The position numbers were made by a program, and so were the translations under genes. Shown piece by piece: positions 57,975-64,000 of a DNA stretch of 64,000 nt (positions are counted from its first letter, which is position 1; every line of letters starts with the position of its first letter). The stretch spans positions 8,845 to 72,844 of the forward strand of contig CAMNLR010000149.1 of assembly GCA_946543465.1 (NCBI GenBank), given 5' to 3'. The notes beneath the pieces were generated by a model, which saw only the letters and a program-made list of their open reading frames with translations, was not told where the DNA came from and did not search any database. The stretch comes from an uncultured Lachnospiraceae bacterium. GTDB taxonomy: Bacteria > Bacillota > Clostridia > Lachnospirales > Lachnospiraceae.

Positions 57975-60900
57975 ATGCCCCAGAGAACTGACATCCACAA
58001 GGTATTGATCATCGGCTCCGGCCCGATCGTGATCGGCCAGGCCTGTGAATTTGACTACTCGGGGACGCAGGCATGCAAGGCTTTGCGCAGCCTGGGATAT
58101 GAGATTGTGCTGGTGAATTCCAACCCGGCTACCATCATGACAGACCCGGAAATGGCAGACAGGACCTATATCGAACCTCTGAATGTCGACAGGGTCACGC
58201 AGATCATCAAAAAAGAGCGTCCTGACGCCCTGCTCCCCAACCTGGGAGGACAGTCCGGACTGAACCTTTGCGCCGAACTCTACAAGGAAGGCGTTCTGGA
58301 TAAATATGGTGTCAAGGTCATCGGCGTTCAGGCAGACGCCATCGAGCGAGGCGAGGACCGCATCGAATTCAAAAAGACCATGGATATGCTGGGCATCGAG
58401 ATGGCCCGCAGTGAAGTGTCCTACAGCGTGGAAGAGGCACTGGCGATCGCCGACAAGCTCGGCTATCCCGTAGTCCTTCGTCCCGCCTATACCATGGGCG
58501 GCGCCGGCGGCGGCCTCGTATACAATAAAGAAGAACTGAGAACTGTCTGTGCCCGCGGCCTGCAGGCTTCCCTGATCGGCCAGGTCCTGGTTGAAGAGTC
58601 CATCCTGGGCTGGGAAGAGCTCGAGCTGGAAGTCGTCCGCGACAAGGACAACAACATGATCACTGTCTGCTTCATCGAGAACGTCGACCCCGTCGGCGTC
58701 CACACCGGTGATTCCTTCTGCACGGCCCCCATGCTGACCATCGATGAGGACCTTCAGAAAAAACTGCAGGAGCAGGCCTACAAGATCGTCGAGCACATCG
58801 GCGTCATCGGCGGCACCAATGTCCAGTTTGCCCATGACCCTAAGAGCGGCCGCGTGATCGTCATCGAGATCAACCCCCGCACCTCCCGTTCCTCCGCCCT
58901 GGCCTCCAAGGCGACCGGCTTCCCGATCGCGCTGGTCTCCGCAAAGCTTGCGACAGGTCTGACCCTGGCGGATCTGACGGACTCCCGTTTCGGGACCCTG
59001 GACAAATACGTCCCCACCGGCGATTTCGTCGTCGTCAAGTTTGCCCGCTGGGCATTTGAAAAGTTCAAGGGTGTCGAGGACAAGCTGGGCACGCAGATGC
59101 GCGCCGTCGGCGAAGTCATGAGCATCGGCAAGACCTACAAGGAAGCCTTCCAGAAAGCCATCCGCTCCCTGGAGAAGGGACGCTATGGTCTCGGCCATGT
59201 GAACGGCTATGACAAAATGTCCCTCGAAGAACTCAGAAAGCTCCTGGTCAACGTCTCCTCCGAGCGCCACTTCATCATGTATGAGGCCCTCCGCAAGGGC
59301 ATGACCGTGGATGAGATTTTTGACATCACCAAGGTCAAACACTATTTCGTCCAGGAAATGAAGGAACTCGTGGAAGAGGAAGAGGCTCTGGTAAGAGAAT
59401 TCAAGGGCCGCATTCCCTCTGATGAGGCTCTGCTCCAGGCCAAGAAAGACGGCTTCTCTGACCACTATCTGGCACAGATCCTGGATGTGAAACAGGATGA
59501 CATCCGCAACGCCCGCGAAGCTCTCGGCTGCACCGAGAACTGGGAAGGCGTCCATGTCAGCGGCACACAGGACAGCGCCTATTACTATTCGACCTACATC
59601 GGCGAGGACAAGAACCCGATCAACACCGACAGGCCCAAGATCATGATCCTGGGCGGCGGCCCTAACCGCATCGGACAGGGTATCGAGTTCGACTATTGCT
59701 GTGTCCACGCCGCTCAGTCCCTGCGCAAGCTGGGCTTTGAGACCATCATTGTCAACTGCAACCCCGAGACTGTCTCCACAGACTATGACACCTCCGACAA
59801 GCTCTATTTCGAGCCTCTGACCCTGGAGGATGTCCTCTCGATCTACAGAAAAGAAAAGCCCGTCGGCGTCATCGCCCAGTTCGGCGGACAGACACCTCTG
59901 AACCTGGCTTCCAAGCTGGAAAAAGAAGGCGTCAAGATCCTCGGAACCTCCCCTGCGGTCATTGACCTCGCTGAGGACCGCGATCACTTCCGCGCCATGA
60001 TGGACAAGCTGGGCATCCCCATGCCCGAGGCCGGCATGGCAACCACCGTGGAAGAGGCCCAGGAGATCGCCGGCAAGATCGGCTATCCCGTCATGGTCCG
60101 TCCCTCCTATGTTCTGGGCGGACGCGGCATGGAAGTCGTCCACGACGATGAGCAGATGGCAGACTATATGGCGGCTGCAGTCGGAGTAACACCCGACCGC
60201 CCGATCCTGATCGACCGCTTCCTCCACAACGCCATGGAGTGCGAGGCAGACGCGATCTGCGACGGAACCCACGCCTTTGTGCCCGCAGTCATGGAGCACA
60301 TCGAGCTGGCCGGTATCCACTCCGGTGACTCCGCCTGCATCATTCCTTCCGCGCATATTTCCGAGAAGCACCTGCAGACCATCCGCGAGTACACCAGAAA
60401 GATCGCCGAGGAGATGCATGTCGTCGGCCTGATGAACATGCAGTACGCCATTGAAGACGATGTCGTCTACGTACTTGAGGCCAATCCCCGTGCCTCCAGA
60501 ACCGTTCCGCTTGTCTCCAAGGTCTGCGGCATCCGCATGGTGCCTCTGGCCACCGAGATCATCACCGCGGAGCTGACCGGACGCAAGTCCCCTGTGCCGG
60601 ACCTGAAGGAGAAGGATATCCCTTACTACGGCGTCAAGGAAGCCGTCTTCCCCTTCAACATGTTCCCGGAAGTCGACCCCGTACTCGGACCCGAGATGCG
60701 CTCCACCGGCGAAGTTCTGGGCATTTCCCGTTCCACCGGCGGTGCCTTCTACAAGGCCCAGGAAGCAGCAAAGATGATCCTTCCTCTGGAGGGAACCGTG
60801 CTCATCACGGTCAGCGAGCCTGACCGCCCCTATGCGCCCGAAATCGCGCGCAGATTTCACGAGGCCGGTTTCAAGATCCTGGCGACTGACCAGACCTGCA

Positions 60901-61205
60901 AGGCGATTGCCCAGGCCGGCATCCCCTGCGAGCGCGTCAACAAGAACTATGAGGGCCGTCCCAACATCCTCGATCTCATCACCAACGGCGAGATCCAGAT
61001 GGTCGTCAACACCCCCATGGGCAAGGGTGCCCGCCATGATGACAGCTACCTGCGCAAGGCAGCCATCAAGGCCAAGATCCCCTATGTCACCACCACGGCA
61101 GCAGGCCTCGCCGCAGCAGAGGGCATCAGCCATCTCAAGCGCAGAGGCAAGGGCCTCATCCTGCCCCTGCAGGAGTGGCACGCCATGATCAGGGACAAGG
61201 ACTGA
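57975..61205 (+). CDS. carB: Carbamoyl-phosphate synthase large subunit
   Basis: GSGPIVIGQACEFDYSG, two ATP-grasp domains, GPNRIGQGIEFDY and C-terminal MGS domain. Confidence 0.97.
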   Translation: MPQRTDIHKVLIIGSGPIVIGQACEFDYSGTQACKALRSLGYEIVLVNSNPATIMTDPEMADRTYIEPLNVDRVTQIIKKERPDALLPNLGGQSGLNLCAELYKEGVLDKYGVKVIGVQADAIERGEDRIEFKKTMDMLGIEMARSEVSYSVEEALAIADKLGYPVVLRPAYTMGGAGGGLVYNKEELRTVCARGLQASLIGQVLVEESILGWEELELEVVRDKDNNMITVCFIENVDPVGVHTGDSFCTAPMLTIDEDLQKKLQEQAYKIVEHIGVIGGTNVQFAHDPKSGRVIVIEINPRTSRSSALASKATGFPIALVSAKLATGLTLADLTDSRFGTLDKYVPTGDFVVVKFARWAFEKFKGVEDKLGTQMRAVGEVMSIGKTYKEAFQKAIRSLEKGRYGLGHVNGYDKMSLEELRKLLVNVSSERHFIMYEALRKGMTVDEIFDITKVKHYFVQEMKELVEEEEALVREFKGRIPSDEALLQAKKDGFSDHYLAQILDVKQDDIRNAREALGCTENWEGVHVSGTQDSAYYYSTYIGEDKNPINTDRPKIMILGGGPNRIGQGIEFDYCCVHAAQSLRKLGFETIIVNCNPETVSTDYDTSDKLYFEPLTLEDVLSIYRKEKPVGVIAQFGGQTPLNLASKLEKEGVKILGTSPAVIDLAEDRDHFRAMMDKLGIPMPEAGMATTVEEAQEIAGKIGYPVMVRPSYVLGGRGMEVVHDDEQMADYMAAAVGVTPDRPILIDRFLHNAMECEADAICDGTHAFVPAVMEHIELAGIHSGDSACIIPSAHISEKHLQTIREYTRKIAEEMHVVGLMNMQYAIEDDVVYVLEANPRASRTVPLVSKVCGIRMVPLATEIITAELTGRKSPVPDLKEKDIPYYGVKEAVFPFNMFPEVDPVLGPEMRSTGEVLGISRSTGGAFYKAQEAAKMILPLEGTVLITVSEPDRPYAPEIARRFHEAGFKILATDQTCKAIAQAGIPCERVNKNYEGRPNILDLITNGEIQMVVNTPMGKGARHDDSYLRKAAIKAKIPYVTTTAAGLAAAEGISHLKRRGKGLILPLQEWHAMIRDKD

Positions 61206-61266
61206 TTGCCGGACAAAGGTATTTTGACAAAGTTATTTAGTCAAATGTATTCTTTTTGTGATTATA

Positions 61267-61302
61267 AAGCCTGCTTCTGCAAACCGCAGAGGCAGGTTTT
61301 TT
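61267..61302 (+). terminator. carB terminator
   Basis: GCCTGCTTCTGC/GCAGAGGCAGGT followed by T tract. Confidence 0.8.
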
Positions 61303-61477
61303 ATGAAAAGCGAAGCGGCAGAGCTGTCCCGGAAGAGAAAGATCACCCATGCCCGGAAAGGAGCAAAGCGACTGAAGGAGATAGCGGGCAAAAGGTCACC
61401 ACTAGCCCGAAAAAGTGAAGCGACCGAGCTGTCCAAAAAAGGAAAGGCCACGCATGTTGAAAAAGGAAAGCGCATAT

Positions 61478-61520
61478 AAAAAACAGCTTCCGCATCAATC
61501 GAGATGAGGAAGCTGTTTTT
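61478..61520 (-). terminator. pncB terminator (bidirectional form)
   Basis: AAAAACAGCTTCC/GGAAGCTGTTTTT. Confidence 0.8.
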
Positions 61521-61559
61521 CAATTTTCATCCTGTATTTTTTTCTGTTGAGAAAACAGA

Positions 61560-63035
61560 TCAGGCATCTGCCATTTTCATTTTCTGCTCTGTGATCTCAT
61601 CGAGCAGGCGGAGCTTGTTTTCATAGAGCTTCTGGGACAGGTCTACGTAGACCTGGTGAGGGTTGACCAGACGGCGGGACTCCTCCCAGAGCGTTTCCTG
61701 TTCTTTCATGCAGTATGCGCGGATATCCATGGTCTTGGGAGACTCGTAGACACATTTGCCGTCCTTGAAGAGCGGCACCATCAGCTCGCGCAGAGAGAAT
61801 TCGCCGGGAGCCAGGCGGGTCTTTTTCCAGGGCTCGACGGGATCGAAGAGGGTGATCTGCTCGTTCTCGCTGTATGTCTCTTCCTCAAGACAGATGATAT
61901 CTGCCTGGATCTTGTGCTCGGGCTCATTGTAGACACGGTAGATCTTCTTGTTGCCGGGATTGGTGACCTTCTCGGTGTTCTCGGACAGCTTGATCTTGGG
62001 AATGAAATTGCCCTTGTCATCCTGGATGGCAGCCAGTTTGTAGACGCCGCCAAAAGAAGGATTGTCTTTGGCTGTGATCAGGTTGGTGCCGACGCCCCAG
62101 GAAGTAATTGTCGCTCCCTGGTCTTTCAGGGAGTTGATCAGATGCTCGTCCAGGTCGTTGGAGGCGGAGATGATCGCATCCGGGAAACCTGCCTCATCGA
62201 GCATCTTTCTGGCCTTTTTGGAGATATAGGCAAGGTCGCCGCTGTCGAGGCGGATACCGTAGCCTTTGCCCAGAGTGCCCTTGTCGCGCATATACTGGAA
62301 GGTCTTGATCGCGTTCGGGACACCGGATTTCAGCGTATCATAGGTGTCGGCCAGCAGGATGCAGGCATTGGGATAAAGGTCCGCATAGGTCTTGAAGGCG
62401 GTCAGCTCATCCGGGAAGCTCATGATCCAGCTGTGTGCATGGGTGCCCTTGACGGGAACGTCGAAGAGCTCGCCGCACAGGACGTTGGAGGTTCCGACAC
62501 ATCCCGCGATGACGGCTGCACGTGCGCCGTAGGTGCCGGCATCGGGACCCTGCGCGCGGCGGAGGCCGAACTCCATGACGCCGTCGCCCTTGGCGGCATA
62601 GCAGATGCGGGCTGCCTTGGCGGCGATCAGACTCTGGTGGTTGATGATATTGAGGATCGCAGTCTCCATCAGCTGGGCCTGGGCGATTGGGGCGATGACT
62701 TTGACCATGGGCTCGCGGGGGAACATCAGAGTTCCCTCGGGAATCGCATAGATGTCACCTGTAAATTTGAAATCTGCCAGATAATCCAGGAAGTCCGCGT
62801 CAAAGATCTCCAGGCTGCGAAGATATTCGATGTCCTGGCTGCTGAAATGCAGGTCTTTCACATAGCGGACCAGCTGTTCAACACCGCACATGATGGCATA
62901 GCCGCCCCCGAAGGGATTGGTGCGGTAGAAAGCATCGAAAATAACGGTTCGGTTTTCTTCTTTGTTCTTGAAATAGCCCTGCATCATGGTCAGTTCATAC
63001 AGGTCAGTAAGAAGGGTCAGGTTTTGTCTGTCCAT
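61560..63035 (-). CDS. pncB: Nicotinate phosphoribosyltransferase
   Basis: LLTDLYELTM, EFGLRRAQG, GTHAHS, RLDSGD and GGVYKL motifs; AAGGAG RBS before ATG 63035. Confidence 0.95.
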   Translation of the reverse strand: MDRQNLTLLTDLYELTMMQGYFKNKEENRTVIFDAFYRTNPFGGGYAIMCGVEQLVRYVKDLHFSSQDIEYLRSLEIFDADFLDYLADFKFTGDIYAIPEGTLMFPREPMVKVIAPIAQAQLMETAILNIINHQSLIAAKAARICYAAKGDGVMEFGLRRAQGPDAGTYGARAAVIAGCVGTSNVLCGELFDVPVKGTHAHSWIMSFPDELTAFKTYADLYPNACILLADTYDTLKSGVPNAIKTFQYMRDKGTLGKGYGIRLDSGDLAYISKKARKMLDEAGFPDAIISASNDLDEHLINSLKDQGATITSWGVGTNLITAKDNPSFGGVYKLAAIQDDKGNFIPKIKLSENTEKVTNPGNKKIYRVYNEPEHKIQADIICLEEETYSENEQITLFDPVEPWKKTRLAPGEFSLRELMVPLFKDGKCVYESPKTMDIRAYCMKEQETLWEESRRLVNPHQVYVDLSQKLYENKLRLLDEITEQKMKMADA

Positions 63036-63161
63036 ACTGTTGATCTCCTTTGTTATTGCCGGAACTGCAGCACATACCATTCAAGAAAGAAGAACATGGT
63101 GGAGTTCTCAGTGAAAGGATTTACCGGCTGCTTCCCGGGCTGTCAAGACACATGTACATAC

Positions 63162-63190
63162 ATGATACTCTATTTAGACATGTTTAGCAA
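63162..63190 (-). promoter_or_regulatory. Probable pncB promoter
   Basis: Minus strand TTGCTA-17 bp-TATCAT. Confidence 0.5.
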
Positions 63191-63322
63191 TGTAGAGATT
63201 GCAGGTTACCGGTCACGAACTGGCTTCGAAGCGGTAAGCCTTAGTACAGCTCTGCGAAAAAAGCTGACCGACACGGGAGGTATACCTTGAAGGCGACTTC
63301 CTAAGGGCGCAATAAATCTGTA

Positions 63323-63351
63323 TTGACATATACGCTTTCCGGAAATACTAT
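63323..63351 (+). promoter_or_regulatory. SigA promoter of dapL
   Basis: TTGACA-17 bp-TACTAT. Confidence 0.75.
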
Positions 63352-63360
63352 TACAAAGGA

Positions 63361-63494
63361 GCATCAAAGGCGATACGCCCTTCAATGCGATCATCGTAGA
63401 ATCGCATGAAGTTTTTTATAAGTATTATTGTTTTTATAGTTGCAACAGAGCAAAGGCGCTCGGGGGCCTATCCTCGTGCGCCTGTTTTTGTTTT
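63361..63494 (+). promoter_or_regulatory. Leader with ANTAR-like hexaloop hairpins and attenuator terminators
   Basis: ATC-AAAGGC-GAT and GAGC-AAAGGC-GCTC; the second overlaps a terminator stem at 63454-63483 followed by a T tract. Confidence 0.6.
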
Positions 63495-63591
63495 AGGAAC
63501 ACTTGCAAATCGGCAGGAACCTGACCGCAAACCGGAAAGAGAATAACCGGTTGATGATCGGGCAGCCGGCTTTACACAGGAGGGAAGGCAC

Positions 63592-64000
63592 ATGGCAAAG
63601 GCAAATGACAATTATCTGCGTTTACCGGGAAATTATCTTTTTTCAACGATTGGGAAGAAGGTCCGGGAGTACCAGGAGGCACATCCGGAGGCAGACGTGA
63701 TCCGTCTGGGGATCGGAGATGTGACGCAGCCGCTTGCTCCGGAGATCATCGGGGCGCTCCACAGGGCAGTTGACGAGATGGGAGCGGCGGAGACTTTTAA
63801 AGGATATGCGCCGGATCTGGGATATGCTTTTCTGAGGGAGAAGATTGCGGCTTTCGATTATCAGAGCAGGGGCTGTGATATTTCACCGGAGGAGATTTTT
63901 ATCTCCGACGGCTCCAAGTGCGACTGCAGCAATATTCAGGAAATCTTCAGCCTCGACAATACGATCGCAGTGTGCGATCCTGTCTATCCGGTCTATGTGG
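63592..64000 (+). CDS. dapL: LL-diaminopimelate aminotransferase (runs off the window end)
   Basis: Manual translation MAKANDNYLRLPGNYLFSTIGKKV...IRLGIGDVTQPL...GYAPDLGY...EIFISDGSKCD...DPVYPVYV; AGGAGG RBS. Confidence 0.92.
   Translation, partial: MAKANDNYLRLPGNYLFSTIGKKVREYQEAHPEADVIRLGIGDVTQPLAPEIIGALHRAVDEMGAAETFKGYAPDLGYAFLREKIAAFDYQSRGCDISPEEIFISDGSKCDCSNIQEIFSLDNTIAVCDPVYPVYV

Noticed and set aside
57933-61181. 1082-aa minus-strand ORF
   Set aside because: Antisense shadow of carB caused by GC-rich codon bias; no recognisable motifs
63160-63185. NrtR operator upstream of pncB
   Set aside because: The weak palindrome does not fit GT-N7-AC spacing
61656-63290. 544-aa plus-strand ORF, and similar long antisense ORFs (27967-29649, 15849-17006, 56164-57552)
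   Set aside because: Shadows of well-supported genes on the opposite strand
63406-63500. Ile/Phe/Val-rich leader peptide (MKFFISIIVFIV...) before dapL
   Set aside because: No RBS, no Lys run relevant to dapL, and the hairpin/terminator model explains the sequence better

Overview
A chromosomal, mostly housekeeping 64 kb window from a fairly GC-rich Clostridia-class bacterium. Gene style and content suggest Lachnospiraceae (inference, not verified). I saw no rRNA, tRNA, CRISPR array, integrase or transposase. Gene order: partial MglB-like binding protein, glgB, class B sortase, PaaI thioesterase, CobW-type GTPase, a Glu/Tyr-tailed membrane protein, DUF362 Fe-S protein, CapA-family lipoprotein, Y-family polymerase plus short YolD-like partner, two paralogous XRE-like HTH genes divergent from a membrane Ser/Thr kinase, a five-gene DUF3798 ABC system, cyclophilin, a lipoprotein divergent from a second Ser/Thr kinase, a PuuR-like regulator with potABCD, purF, an ArsB/NhaD transporter-binding protein-two-component cluster, a Wzx/Wzy polysaccharide locus, malQ, licD/tagD, carB, pncB and the start of dapL. 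Best leads for new biology: (1) a divergent module of two HTH paralogs and an atypical membrane kinase with a promoter-proximal palindrome; (2) a Ser/Thr kinase apparently fused to two SecD/SecF P1-like extracellular units; (3) a stand-alone ~90-nt sRNA candidate with an anti-RBS seed; (4) an interspersed hairpin element with compensatory base changes between copies; (5) a pyruvyl-transferase plus FrhB-like oxidoreductase pair in the polysaccharide locus; (6) an ANTAR-type antiterminator before dapL. All family calls come from motif recognition by eye; no searches were run.
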